Positions 11,604 to 26,392 are shown, numbered from the whole stretch's first letter. The stretch is 63,123 nt of DNA, filler included, from Olpidium bornovanus S191 (GCA_017911155.1; 28 parts of 28 records of this genome joined end to end with filler, not necessarily neighbours in it), one strand, 5' to 3'. A program made the numbers and translations. Notes: a model not told the origin generated them from the sequence alone.

Positions 11604-12835
11604 TATAGCAAGGAAGCGGAGGCTCTCGGCCGTCTCGGCGAGGCGAAGGCGATCGCCCCCTTGCTCTCAAGCCCGCGCGCTTCTGGGACCGCGGCGCGGC
11701 ACCAACAGTAACGCCCGCGGGGTCTTCTGCCTGGTCCGGCCGCTCGAGAAGGAGGGCGGCCTTCTGACCACGACCATGCTGCAGCGCGTGTGCAACCTCC
11801 ACGTTCACGCAAGACAGCAGCTCGCGCACAGTCGGCGCAGGGCCGTGGTCAGTTTCCAGCATTACTCGAGGGTGCCGTGACTGCCGCACATTCAACAGTA
11901 AGGAAAACGTTCCCTCTGTGAGAGAGAAAAAGAGAGAGAGCACTTTTTTTTTTCCCACGCCGTTTAAGGACGGCCGCGCGAGTGGTTTTGGGGGATGTGC
12001 GCGGGGGACGAGCCCAAATAAAACACACGCGGGCACAAGCCCACGGCAGGCACAACCCGCACAACCACTCACGCCTCTCGACGTCATCGACGCCGGAGTC
12101 GCGGCCTTTACACCTCTCCAATTCCTGCGCTTCTCGCCTGACATTCTCTTTGGGGAGCGTGTTTTTTTTTTCCCCTCCGTCGCGCGGCTTGCGTAGACAA
12201 TGCAGGCGCCTGAAAGTAATCTCAATCAGCAGCCATCCTGCTCCTTCTGAAATAATTTGCCGTCCGCGTTTGCAAGACTCGCCGTCGTGCAAATTCCGGT
12301 CGATTTCTCAGACGAAGTGCGATTCGACGCCCCGTCGAAGAAATCTCCACGAGAGCGAAAAACGAAGACAGTTGCATTTAGTTTAATAATCCGCCGCGGC
12401 CAATGGTGCGCCTCGGATTCTCATTCATATTCGGCCAAGTCCGTCTCAATCTGTTCGACAAGTGAAAACGCGGAACAGAATTCGGTCTTGTTATGATGCG
12501 CGCAGACTTTCACCAACGGCTCCCCGTCCATTCCGTTCTTCCAGCGTAGAGAAGGCAAGTACAGAAAGCAATTGTCCCTTCGGTTACAACCCGGTCCAAT
12601 TGCAAGACGTTGATAGGCAGTGTCGACTTGTTCCTTTTGCACGGTCCTTTGCCTCCCTCCAAGGTTAAGTAACGCCCCTGTGTTATGCGATCTACGGTCC
12701 CGATCTAACAACATTACTGTGTCCTTTCTCCATGCNNNNNNNNNNNNNNNNNNNNNNNNNNNNNNNNNNNNNNNNNNNNTTAATTAATTAANNNNNNNNN
12801 NNNNNNNNNNNNNNNNNNNNNNNNNNNNNNNNNNN

Positions 12836-13913
12836 CATGATCGGCGGGTGGAGCCAGTTCTTGGAAGCTGGGCAGGACCGCCTCCGGACATCTCTCATCA
12901 GTTCCCGTGGTGGGGTACCCTTCATCCACCAATGTCGCGGTGTGAGTGCATCCGGCAATTATTTCACCAGCGTCAACAAATTCATCTGACTCCTCCTCGA
13001 TGTGTTCGATAGTGCACTCGTGGCGGACAATTCCGCTCCCCGGGCCGTCAACAAGCTCGTCGTCGGGAAAAGCCCCCGGCCATTGAGCCTGCAGATCATT
13101 ATCACAAGCAGGCGGCTGTACAGGTAACCAACTGATCGCCATTCGCCATAATCCTTTTTCCAGCCCCGCCGAACAGGAGTCTGCAACTGCGGTTTCCACC
13201 TCGCACCCGTGCCTCAACGTGTGCGCTGACAGTGTTAGGCAACGCGGCATATCGGTCGGGGCTCTCTCGACAATTGGCGTGAACGTCAGTTCAAGGTACA
13301 CTTCGCCTCTCCTTTGACCAGTCAAACGGTCGCGCAATACGTGCCTGCATGCCCACGCCGAAGTTAGTGGGAAAAATATCCCGACTGTATGCGCATCGAT
13401 GTCGCCAGGGGACTTACCAGCCGTCGACCTCGCCGTTTTGAGCGACGATGTGAACATCCACCATAGCTTCGCCGACGACTTTCCGAGACCGAAGAGGCGT
13501 GGAAGCGATTGCCCTGATCATAAGCGTCGCGCAAGTGGTAGCGCAGGGGATATCGATGCGAGTGGAAAATTTGGGCGAATGGTTTGCATGCTTCGCCACA
13601 TTGGACAGGTACACGTCCTTGGTATTGGTGGAAAGCCGGAAGTCCAAGTAGATATCCTGGGCCGGTCGCAGTGAAAAGACGCGACAGGGGGCGACAAGCG
13701 CCACAGTCAGTTTGCTTTGGGCACCTGTGTCAACAAACCGTTTGCTTCTAAGCAGAGCGTGCAGCAGTCCCCGTCGCGTATCGGAGAGCAAGGGCATACC
13801 TGCGGCCAGACTTGTATGACAGATGTGTTCTTGAACTGCCGCCCCTCCAGCGGGACGACCGTCAAGTAGCCCACGGCAAGGGCATTGCTGGGACTACCGA
13901 CTACGAGGGGCAT
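12836..13913 (-). CDS. N-terminal C2-domain protein (Inn1/Fic1-like architecture), 3' truncated
   Basis: Spliced: MPLVVGSPSNALAVGYLTVVPLEGRQFKNTSVIQVWPQ | DIYLDFRL...HSPKFSTRIDI...KVVGEAMVDV...GEVDGW | HVLRDRLTGQRRGEVYLELTFTP. This follows the C2 strand pattern, and GT-AG junctions keep the frame. Confidence 0.7.
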
Positions 13914-15067
13914 TTCGATTTCCCCGGGGAAGCGCCTGCGGACAAATCGCGGAGCGGGCTGCCGAAAGAGGGACACGGAAGTGACAAGCGCGGCCGGGCG
14001 TGCCGGGAAGGGGCAAGCGCGGAGCGCACGGGAGTACGGATCAGCACCTCAGACGGCCGCGATTGCCGCCGGAGGTTCCAGCAGCAGGGAGGGACAGAGA
14101 AGGGGGCAAGAGGAAGCCGGGGGGTGTCAGAAATATAGGCGGAAAAGGGGGAAAGGGGGGAAAGGGCGCGCAATTAGCACAGTTCTCACTGGTTCCAAAA
14201 GGAATTTCGGGGGCGTTCGTTCGCGGGAGTTACACGTGTAAATAGTTTTTGCCCTTTGAATTGCGTTTTGCGAAACGCGGAAGAGGGAATTAACTTTGAT
14301 TAGTATCTAATTGCGTTTGTGTGGGACTTGCATGGGAGCGAGCGAGAGACATCTAGATTGAATGGGCCACGCACAATTCGGCATAGCTTCCCTCGTTTAT
14401 GTGCACGGCGGTTAGCACCATGATGCGACGCAGTTCACCACCCACACCGTGACGCCAACTCCACCAACGGGCTGGTGTGACGTGTCATCTGTTTCGTCAC
14501 GTCACATCCATCCGATTCCTGAATCAGGAGGACACAATGACGCGCAGACTGATGGAGACGAGTACAACACGGGCTCAGTGGCGGCTCCTCCATCAACGGC
14601 AGCTTTCAAGGGTTACTGAAGTGGGGTGGATGGGATCCGAACCGAGGGCGGCTTCGCTGGAGACCGACGTACGGGAAGCCCGGGTTTTCAACGCGGCAAG
14701 AAGTTGAAAGTGGGCTGAGCCGTCGGTCATCCATCGAGCGAGCGAGGCTTTGTAAGCCCGGCCAGCGTTGAAGACGCAGGTCCACGTCCCAGCAATCATT
14801 GCTAATGCTATCTATAATATTAATAACTACTTTATTAATCCGAAATGATCGCATAGCATTTATATTATCAGATCGCGGCGCACAAGATCCCGCATTGCTG
14901 CTGGACAGGCTGGAGTCCAGTTAAATGGAACACCCTTTCATAACAAAGCATGNNNNNNNNNNNNNNNNNNNNNNNNNNNNNNNNNNNNNNNNNNNNTTAA
15001 TTAATTAANNNNNNNNNNNNNNNNNNNNNNNNNNNNNNNNNNNNNNNNNNNNCATGGCACACACCTC

Positions 15068-16536
15068 ACCTTGTTTAAAACCTCAAAAAGATGCGAAACA
15101 ATATCCAGAGAGGGGAGAGATCCATCCGGAAGTGGTTCCAGCCACGCCTTTATGGCCTCCAAAATATTGTTGTCGATGAACTGATCGTACAGAGTTGTTC
15201 TAGTAAGCAGATTTCGATCAGCACCCAGAAAGGGATATAACCTATTTAGCGAATAAACATTGAACTAGGGGGGGGATCAGAGTTCTCACTTTTGCATCTG
15301 CTTTTGAACAATAGGCAACATCTTAAGCTTCTCAAGCGCAGGCTCCTTCCTTTCGACCGATTGGCTATCCTTCAATGCCGCACTCTTCATATCGTCTCTT
15401 AGCCGGACCATCATTTCGTCCAACTCCTAACATCAGTTCCATTGGGCAAATCGTACTGATCAGCGTATCGTTCAGCCGTTACAAATCGCCCATCCTCGCC
15501 GACTCTTTTTCTCCTCTTCCTCCCCCTCCTCCCCCTCCCCCCCTCCCGGCCGCCGCCGCCATTGAATTTGAATGCCCAGAAGTCCCACCGCTTCATCAAT
15601 CTTTTCCGCTCTCCGCCCCCGTGACTGACGGTTGATGGAAGCCAGAACTTCGTCAAACTCTCTGCCGACAATAATCTCTGCCTGCTGGCTCCGGGTCATC
15701 TGTTCAAAAGGGACGTCAGGTGCCGGTGTCGTGGCCGACTTCCGCCGGCTCTTCTTTGTCCTTTTCGCCCTTCCTTTCGCACTGCCGTCTTCATCTTCTC
15801 CGCCGTCTTCTCCGCTGGCCCTGGCGGCAGCCGCTGCTGAGCGCTTCCTCCGCGCTTTGGACGGCTTGAGCGGTGCGTGCTCGAGGTACTCGTCGCTGTC
15901 CTCGTCAGACGGGACCGTAGACGGGCCCCTGCGCGCGGCTCGTCTCGCCGCCACCTGGCCGCCTTCGGCGGACGCCGCCGCCGGAGACTTGGCGGCCCGT
16001 TTCGACCCGTCCCGTTTTCGACCTTCCTCTGCTTGGCCCCACAACCGCCGGCCGGGGCAATCAGAGTCCGGGGCGTCGCAACCCGCGGCAACGGGCGCCT
16101 TCCCCGTCCCCCGTCTACCTCGCGCTCACGAGAACCACAAATCACCTTCGCCACTCGATACTTCCTCCATCTCGGACATATCCGACCCTGAGTCTCCGCC
16201 GAAGATCTCGAACTCGAGTTCCTGTCAGAACGGAATTCGCTTCAGCCGGCTGGCAAAAAGTCCTCCGGCACCGCGCGCGCTCGAGAGACTGCGTTACCCG
16301 CGGTAACGGCGAAGAATCGCCTGCCGACCCCCGCCGCCCACCTTATTCCTATCTTCGTTCACAGGCGCCGAATGCAGCGGCCGCGGCTGCTCGGGCGCAG
16401 TGCCGGCGACCTCGCCGTCCGAACCGTCGACATCCGCTGTTGAAAGGTCGGAGCCCCTCGCATCTGCGGGCCGCCCGGCGCGGTAGTCCGGAACGACGTC
16501 CGCGGCGGGCGGGTCGCGTTGGGGCTCTGGTGACAT
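15068..16536 (-). CDS. IWS1: Iws1/Spn1 transcription elongation factor, 3' truncated
   Basis: An acidic/low-complexity N-terminus is followed by exons ELDEMMVRLRDDMKSAALKD...EPALEKLKMLP and LYDQFIDNNILEAIKAWLEPLPDGSLPSLDI, the diagnostic Iws1 TFIIS-N domain. Confidence 0.93.
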
Positions 16537-17117
16537 GGCTTCGGAGCAAACCGCAAATACCTTCTCTCCTCCGGCAGGGCGGGGGTGGGGGGCAGTGCGT
16601 GGGGGTGGAGGGTGGCGTCTCGAACGACCCGTGGTTCCCTGCTGGCGTGGTCGGATGGGTCGGGCGCGCGACCGCCGACGGGGAGAAAGAGCGTGCTTTC
16701 CGGGCCTTCCAGAAACGGAGCAACCCGGCGTTTGGAGGAGAGAAACAGCCGCCACAGGCAGGGAAAAGGGGGCCGCCCCGGGGCGTCAAGAGGTGCAGGC
16801 CCCGACGGGGGNNNNNNNNNNNNNNNNNNNNNNNNNNNNNNNNNNNNNNNNNNNNTTAATTAATTAANNNNNNNNNNNNNNNNNNNNNNNNNNNNNNNNN
16901 NNNNNNNNNNNCCAGCCGTATTCCTTTATCGGCGGAGAACCTGTTGACGAGAAGCGTCGGCCCATGCGCAATAAAAGACGGCATGCTGGCCAGACCACTC
17001 TATCTCAACGGCTGAAGAACCGCATGTGCAGGCTAGCATTTCGGCTCAGATAAGATATGGCGTCACTGGGACCTGCGTTGTTTCCTAAAATATGCTTCAT
17101 TATCTGACCCGGGTTCG

Positions 17118-18076
17118 TCACAGCACCATCCGATCACCCAGATACGCGCAGTGCCATACTGTCGCAACAATGCTGACCAGGTTTATCATTGTGGATGCGC
17201 CGTGAGCAAGGCAGAATTGGCGGCTGACACTGCGGAGCTCGACGGAGCGGTTAGACGAGTCCGGCGACTTTTCGATACGTTGCCGCTTGCGCATCAACCT
17301 GAGGGTTCCGCGGAAAAGGGTTGATCGGTAACGAGCCCTCTACGTCAGCGGTCTGCCGGCTGCTCGAAAAATCGAGTCGGGTGCATCCTTTCAGGGTGGG
17401 TTTCACTCACAACGTTGTCAACGGTCCCACCAAGAAGAGGTTAAGACCTGATCCCGCAGCCGAGCAAATTAGCAACGCAAGTTGCCTTGCCCCGTGGGCA
17501 GCAGGCGGCGCGTGCGGTTCGAGGCGCCTTGTGATCACCGAGAGAAACCCTCTCTCGTGCAGGTACGTGACTGACGATGGCAAAAGGAAGGCGAACGAAT
17601 ACGTGACCGCCGTCGACAGAAACGCGGAAACTGTAAAGTACGCAGGGCAGAGCTTGCTACGCGATGCAGTGGAGGAGGACATCGCGGTTGGAGTGAAATG
17701 CGGAACGCCTTTAGGAATTTTGTTCGGGCACCGGGACCAAAGCGCCCCGATTTTCGTGAGAGCGGCCAACACGTACCTCTGAAGGTTGCCGAAAGTGCTT
17801 CTGGGCAGGATCCGGAACGACAGGGGGCCGGCGACGAGACTTGGGAAGCACGGTTCCGCGCGTGTTGGCGGCGCGAAGGATGATCAGAAAAAAACGTAAA
17901 CTGTACGCGCAGGGTTCTCATCACCTTGACGCGCCGCGCACAAGCGTCCGGCGGCGTTCTAAGAACGCCCGGCTCCCGTGAGTCCGCGGAGTTCCTTACG
18001 TCGTGTAGACAACAGTTCCTGTGAGGGTGCCCAGAGCGACCAAATGGAGACTGCCAACAGACGGCGTGGCGAGCAT
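17118..18076 (-). CDS. TMEM205-like (DUF4149) membrane protein, complete, 4 exons
   Basis: Spliced: MLATPSVGSLHLVALGTLTGTVVYTT / GPLSFRILPRSTFGNLQ / SKLCPAYF...GLNLFLVGPLTT / LMRKRQRIE...RQFCLAHGASTMINL...MVL*. All DUF4149 motifs appear in order. Confidence 0.85.
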
Positions 18077-18559
18077 TTTTCGTGCCGTTCGAATTGCTTA
18101 CTGCCTCCAAATGCTAAGGCGCGAAGGCTCCCGAAGTCGTCTTGTGCGTTCCAGAATGTGCGATCTGAAGGCCGGTTTTTTCCTCCTCCCCCTATGCGGG
18201 GGTTTGTGGGGTTTTTGCCGGCGGGGGCCGGAGGGCAACAACGGCGCTAAGGTCGACGGGCAAACCATGGCGCCCAGGGTCGGCGGGCAACAGTGGCGCC
18301 CAAGGTCAGAAAGTAGCCATGGCGTCCAGGGTCAGAAAGTAACCATGGNNNNNNNNNNNNNNNNNNNNNNNNNNNNNNNNNNNNNNNNNNNNTTAATTAA
18401 TTAANNNNNNNNNNNNNNNNNNNNNNNNNNNNNNNNNNNNNNNNNNNNCATGAGCCACGCTCCGTTTGGCCGCTCCGTCGCGGAGGGGATTGTCGCATTG
18501 GGAATTTCCCGTAGAACCACACATAAGGGCCACGCTGCATCGGCCGGGGAGCGGTGGCG

Positions 18560-19380
18560 TTTTTTGTTCCGGAATAGGGCGACGCCAGCTCTCCGCCGAG
18601 GCAGAGAAACTGCTGCCGGCCAATGTGCATTTTGAGGGTGGAGGAGGTCTTCGAGCAGAAGCTCGTCAACGCCACGGCCGTTGCTGCCGGGAAGCACCAG
18701 TCCCTGGAGGCCGACGGCAGCGACGTTTCGGGCGCCCTCCCGTCTAGCTTGGAGAGCAACACCACCGTTCTTGGGAACACCCTCGACCTTTCGGACGCGG
18801 AGTCAGAGGATGACGGCAACGTTGAGTCAGTGACAAACTATCTGCGGCTCTCAACCTCCTGATCGGCGATGCGCTGCTCAGCGTCGTTCTGCAGGGAAGA
18901 GCTGCAGGTGAAGTTGGTGAGACGTGGCCGCCGCTACACTGGCCTCAGGCGGAAGGTTGACCTCTGGCGATACTGTTCCGGCCACCGACAAGAAGGATGC
19001 CACACGTCTTCAGGTGGACGCGGCGCCAAGGGCAGAAAAAGACGAGAGTCCTGCCGGGAATTTTGCCTGCAATCCGGCCGCAAACTTGCACGAATCCCTG
19101 CCGCAGAATCCTGTGGCAAATCCTGCCACTGGCAACGTATTCTTCCTCAAATCCCGCCGCAAGCCCTGCCGGAATCCGGCTGCGAACCGCAGATCCTGGC
19201 GTAGCAACGGCCGCAACCATCGCAACTACCCACAACAACCGCAACAACCGCAACAACAGCCGCAACAACAACCGCAACAACAACCGCAGCAACCACAACC
19301 GCAACAACCGCAAACGCAGCAGCCGCCGTGACCATCACAAACGCCGCAACCGCCGCAAACACCGCGAATGCCACAACGGC
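18560..19380 (+). other. Coding-like low-complexity region ending in a CAA/CCG (QQPQ) microsatellite
   Basis: Frames 18623-18862 and 18924-19331 look coding (acidic segment; poly-QP at 19230-19330) but could not be joined or identified. Confidence 0.3.
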
Positions 19381-20125
19381 TGCAAGCGTACAGCGTACCA
19401 AAACTGATCACAGATTTTTCCATTCAGTAGACCTCTCTTCGGATACAGCACCAAGGTCGAACCTATGTTCCACTCTTTTGCAGGAAAGCTAGCAAAAAAT
19501 CCTGCGTGGGATTCTGCGGCGAGCCTTGCGACGGATCCTGCAAAACATCCTGCGAGGATTCCGCAGGGAATCCTCCCGGAGATCGTGCCGCATTTCAAAT
19601 CTGCTTTTCCAAATCTGCCTTGTAAAACCGACCTCCGAATCCGATTCTCCGAATCTGCCTTCCCATTATTTGAATCTGCCTTCCCATAATTTGAATACGC
19701 CTTCCAAATCACCAAAAGTGCTTTCAAGTGTCAGAATCTGCCTTGGAAATCTGCTTTCCAATCTGCCTTCAGAGTATACCTTCCCGAACCTGCCTCTGAA
19801 TCTGCCCGAAATCGACTTTAACAGGACTTTCGATGGGAACTTTGAATGGGAATCATAAGAGGAATTCGCAGGTTTGCGGGCTCAAAGCGGTGTTTGCCAA
19901 ACAATCTGGATTCGCCGCAATATTCGAAGCACAATTTGCCGCGGGATTTGCGGCAGATTTCGCCCCAGAACATGCAGCAGAGAAACTACGACCAGAGTCG
20001 AGGCAGAACTGGCGGCAGAATTCGCTGTAGGATTTGCCGCGAAGGGTTACGCCACTGTTCGGCGCAGAATTCACGGCGGGGGTTTGCAGCAGAATTCGCA
20101 ACGGGGATTCACAGAGAACCTCGAG
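19030..20125. repeat. Degenerate 12-nt and 21-22-nt repeat arrays in opposing orientations
   Basis: AATCC/TGC-type units on + at 19035-19190 and 19495-19580; GAATCTGCCTTCC units at 19600-19810; reverse-complement units (GCAGAATT/GGATTTGC) at 19860-20110. Confidence 0.6.
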
Positions 20126-20177
20126 GCTCCCGCGAAAGGAGGAAGGGGCGTGTTGTCTGGCTGGCTTGGAACACAAA

Positions 20178-20215
<38 letters not shown>

Positions 20216-20436
20216 AAAAAAAAAACAAACGCCCGCTGGCTGCGAGTGCTCCGCCCCGTCCAAGACCGAGACCTCGATACTTCCTGTGCCAAGAAGTGGG
20301 GAGGGTTCACAGGTGCACACATTCACGGCACCTGCGNNNNNNNNNNNNNNNNNNNNNNNNNNNNNNNNNNNNNNNNNNNNTTAATTAATTAANNNNNNNN
20401 NNNNNNNNNNNNNNNNNNNNNNNNNNNNNNNNNNNN

Positions 20437-21830
20437 CCCCCCCCCCCTCCACAACCTTCGCTCGCAGCCAAACCACGAAGCCTCCAGGCGTTCCTCGCGG
20501 GACAAGTCGTAAGCGCGGAGCCCCTCCTCTTCCGGCGGGACGGGCGAAAAAGGCAGATCACTAGGGGGGAACGCTTTGGAAAGCATCGTGGCGACATCCT
20601 GCCGCATTGATTCGCCTGTGACGTCCAGCGGCTAAGCAGTGCACGCCGTGGTGTAAGTGAAGCATTCGTAAGTCTTTTGTTTCAAGTTGAGAAATCACCG
20701 ACCGTTATCGCATTTCCCGCTGCTGACGGCGAAGTACCGGCAACCTGCGGAACGCTCGCAAAGTCGTCGAAATCGTCGTGGTCGGCGGACGCCGCGGCGC
20801 CGGTCACAGCGCCCCAGACGGCCGCGGCGGGCGCCGGCGCGCCGAAGTCGTCGAAATCTTCGCAGTGCGGGCCCGCTGCCGCCGCCGCGGCCGCCGACGG
20901 GGCGGCCGCGAAGTCGTCGAAATCATCAACGCCGGCCGAATTTCCGCCGGGATCGGCCGGGGCGGCAAAGCCGCCGAACTCGGCGCCGCCCGCGGGGTTT
21001 TCGGCCGCCGCCGCCGGACCGGCGAAACCCGCAAAGCCGTCGTCGCCGGCGGTCGTTTCTCTCGCGGACATCCGCCCGTCCGTCCGCGGGCCCGGCCCGG
21101 GCGAGTTCGGTCCGGCGAGAGGCTGCGTTCCGGACGCCAGGGCCTCACGATCGCCGTCGGCCCCGCGCGCGCCGCCGTCGTCGTGATCAGAAGCAGATTT
21201 CCGGGCGCCCGGCCGTCCGGGCGCGTGCCCGCCGTCGTCTTGAGCAGAAAAAACCTGCAAAAACGACTCGACCGCCGTCGTCGGCATCATCACTTCGGCG
21301 GGCACCGCCGCCCCTGGATGCGGCGCAGGCGGCGAGCCGCGGGCCGGCCGGTCGGCCGAACCGCCGACCTCCAAAGGCGGCCCGCCCTCTCCCCCGGGGT
21401 GCGAGAGCTCGTTGGGCTTACCGCCGCCGCCGCCGCCGTCACCCCAGCCTGCCGATCGAGCCGCCTCCTGGCCGCGCGGAGAAGGGGCATCGGCCGGGCG
21501 AACGCCGTCGTCTTCCGCGAGCCGTCGCTCTCCTCCCTCACGTATCGCGCGGAGCGCGGGGACCGCGGCGGCGTCGGTGGCGGCGGCGGCGGCGGCGGGT
21601 GCAAAGCCGAGCAGGCATGGGCATTCGCCCGCGGCGCCGCCGTCGCCGACGTACGGCGGCGATCGCCCGAGTTCTGATCTCGGGACGCTGCCGAAGTCGA
21701 CGCCGAAAAGAGGATCGAGGCAGTCCCCGCCCGCGGCGAGCGTGCCGTTCTCGGGCAGCGGCACCGGAGGACTGTCGGGCCGCCGGCCGTTTCCGGCGGC
21801 GGAGGCAAGATCGCCGACGTGGGTGGCCAT
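20437..21830 (-). CDS. Low-complexity protein with repeated (D/E)F-x-x-F motifs; aftiphilin/gamma-synergin-like AP-1 accessory candidate, 3' truncated
   Basis: The 382-aa open frame 20682-21830 carries DDGFAGF, EFGGF and DDFDDF/EDFDDF x3; a further exon is likely at 20437-20607. Confidence 0.6.
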
Positions 21831-21931
21831 GTGCGTGGGGTATCGAGGGGGGGGGGGATGATGAAGGTTGGGGCGGGAAGTTCAGCGCCGCCCCCACGAC
21901 GCCTGTGCTTGCGTGCCTCAAAGCACGGGTT

Positions 21932-21984
<53 letters not shown>

Positions 21985-22055
21985 CCGTTTCCCCGTTCGA
22001 GATTGCGAGTTTGGCCAGCGATTCCTTAGCCGGGCCGAATGGGACGCGCAGAGCG

Positions 22056-22095
<40 letters not shown>

Positions 22096-22498
22096 GGGTC
22101 GAGGTCACCGACACGCATAACACGCACATTCTCGCTCACACACACACACACAGACGCCGGATCCTCCCCCCGCCCCGCCCCCTCCTTGCCCGCCACGAGA
22201 AAGTCTGCTCTCGCTTGCCCCGTCGCTTGCCCCGTCGCTTGCCCCGTCGCGCGGGTCCGTCGCGCGGGTCCGCCGTTCGCCCTCCCCCCCCCTCTCCTCC
22301 CGTCGGCCTCTCTCCGACCCCCCTCCCTCTTTCTGCGCCTGCTGCACCTCTTGCTGCCTGCGGCTTGCTTCGTATCGCCTTCCCTCTTTTTCTTTTCTTT
22401 CTTTCCCCCTCTTTTTGTAGCGTTTTCTCTCGCTCCTGCCCGCCCGCCTGCCCGCTTAGTGCTGTCCCGCTCCTCCTTCTCCCGCACTCTCTGTCGCC

Positions 22499-23944
<1,446 letters not shown>

Positions 23945-25205
23945 TAATGCCAAAGGGGTCGGTCGTTTCGAGACTTCCCCTTTTTTTTTTTACCTGCCTT
24001 CCACACTGCTACGCGACACCTTCCGGACAACCGGGAGGGGAAGCTGCGCGCTTCGCGCAGCTTTGCGTTCTGGCCGTGCTTTCGAGTCGTAGCCCCCGGC
24101 GGGGCAAGCTTAGCTCCCCGCGGTTTTTTTTCTGTTTTTTAACAACTCCCTCCCCGAGTTGTTGTTTGTCTTCCAAACACGCATAAACGCACACTTAAAT
24201 CCCCTGCCGATCCACACTTCCCATTTTAGTGACCACCGCATTTTAACAAAAAACAAAACGAAAAACGAAAAAAAAAAAAAAAAAAAAAAAAAATGAAAAG
24301 GAACGCGACCCGCGGCGCGACTTGTTGGCGCCGGTTTTTTTGCATCGTCAGTTTCTTCCCCGGCTTCCCATCTCCTCCACCCCCTTTTTCATTCTTGTCC
24401 GCAAAAAAGAAAGTCATTGCAGGAGGGGGTCTGGGTTACCGGCGCGGCGACGCGTGTCGCGAGTAAATGAAGACGTGGGCGGGCGCTTATCAAAGCAGAC
24501 GGGCATAACGGGGTCGGATGGGGTGGGTGGTGGGCCAGTCCTGAATTAACGTCCAAAAGACAGGTAATGATAAAAAAAAAAGTAATGAGGGTCAAAATCA
24601 TAATCCCCCCGCGCTAACCCCGCTTACCCGCCCTTCCCCCCCTCCCCCCGCCCATTTCCTTTCCGTCCCGCCTCCGTTTCCCGCGTGCTCCTCTTCGTTT
24701 TGTTAAGCCCCGGCACCGGCCAGCGAAAGGGATGGTTTTCTGTCCTTCCCCGCGGTCGAGATGGGGGAACGGGCGTGGACGTTGGGGAGGAGGGGAGGAG
24801 GAGGGGAGGAGGGGAGGAGCAGGGGAGGAGGAGGAGGAGAGGGGTGATGTTACCGTTTCCAATCCCTTTTACCCACCGCATATACTGTAGGACTCAGGGT
24901 TTCGAAGGAGACCTCGGGAGCTGCTCGATTCCTCTACACTACGCTTATTCATAGGGAGGAGTTCAGCGGGAATGAATAGTGGGCGTGGTGATTCCGATGG
25001 GCTCCACCCCCATTTTTGCCCTTTTCCGTCACATGCCCAGGAAATTCCGCGACCCCGGGCCCCGCGGAATGCGGAAGGCTGGGGCAGGGAGGAAACCGAC
25101 ACCACACCGTTCTTCCCAACCCGCTCCCCATCCACCCTCCTCCTCGTCCTCGTCCTCGTCCTCCTCCTTTCCGTCCCCGGGCCACCCCCCCCCCCTTTTT
25201 TTTTC

Positions 25206-25806
25206 CTACGCCGGAAAATCCAGCGCGATGGCGCTCCTGAGGCTTTTGATGCCGTCCGCCAGCGCGGCGGCGGCAGCGGCGGCGGTCGGGGGGGTTTTCA
25301 GCGCCGCTGCCTGGGCTGGCGCCGGCAGGAGCGCGGGGGGGGACGACGGCCCCGCGGCTTTGCCGGTTGTTTCCGCCTTCGCCGCGGCGTCGTCCGAAAG
25401 CGTCCACTCCGGCGGCGAGACACCGCTGCCGCCGCCCCTCGGCGTTCTGGCCGCGCCGCCGCCGCCGCCGCCGCTCGACCCGAACGAGCTGCTCAGGCCG
25501 CCGGCGGCGGCGGCGGCGGCGGCGCCCGCCGACACCACCCCCCCCGGTTTGCCCAGGTTTTCGTTCGCTTCCATCTCCGACTGGATGTCCGAGGCGACCT
25601 GGTTGAACACGATCGACCAATTCCAGTACCGGTCTTCTTCCGCGATCTCGTCTGGGTGGTTCATCGTGGAAGTCAGGAGACTGAGGTCGATGCCGTGAGT
25701 CATCTGGGCCGCACGCGATTGAGGGGAAATGGGGGGCGGTGGGGTGGGAAGAGCGGGGGTGGGAGGGGTGCGTGCGTATTGCGTTCGTCGTACGCAGGTG
25801 AACATC
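25206..25806 (-). CDS. IFT43: Intraflagellar transport protein 43 (IFT-A), 3' exons, 5' truncated
   Basis: Exons MFTC (25806-25794) + MTHGIDLSLLTSTMNHPDEIAEEDRYWNWSIVFNQVASDIQSE match the conserved IFT43 C-terminal motif (IDL-x-LL...E-D-x-x-W-x-W-x-x-x-F-x-x-V-x-S), followed by a long Gly/Ala/Ser tail. Confidence 0.8.
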
Positions 25807-25841
25807 CTGTAAGCAGTTGAACGCTCCAAGGAAGAGAAAAA

Positions 25842-25876
<35 letters not shown>

Positions 25877-26392
25877 CTGGGGGAATGTTGTCAAGCGAAG
25901 GGAAATGCAGATGGGGGTTCCCTTTTTTTTTTTTTTTTTTTAAATGGGGGGGGGGCGGGGGGGGGGGGCGGCNNNNNNNNNNNNNNNNNNNNNNNNNNNN
26001 NNNNNNNNNNNNNNNNTTAATTAATTAANNNNNNNNNNNNNNNNNNNNNNNNNNNNNNNNNNNNNNNNNNNNCACACACAAACACACACACGTTCTCCCC
26101 AACACGCCCGACTTCGCCAGCGTCCCGCATGGCAAAAGTCGGCGCGTTTTTCTCTCCAAATCAGTTGCGTTGCGCGTAAATGTGACGCCAAAAAAAACGC
26201 ACAATTTATATCAGACATATCCGCAAGTTGACGTGTTATTCACATCTAACGCGTGCGCATGCAGACCGCCCAGCTAAGTCGCCGGCTGCCGAATTATGTT
26301 GTGCCCCGCGATAATTATGTTTCTCTACGGCGCTTTTAATATAATTATATCGAATAACATATAAACTTAATCAAGTAAATATGTTCGAGTCC

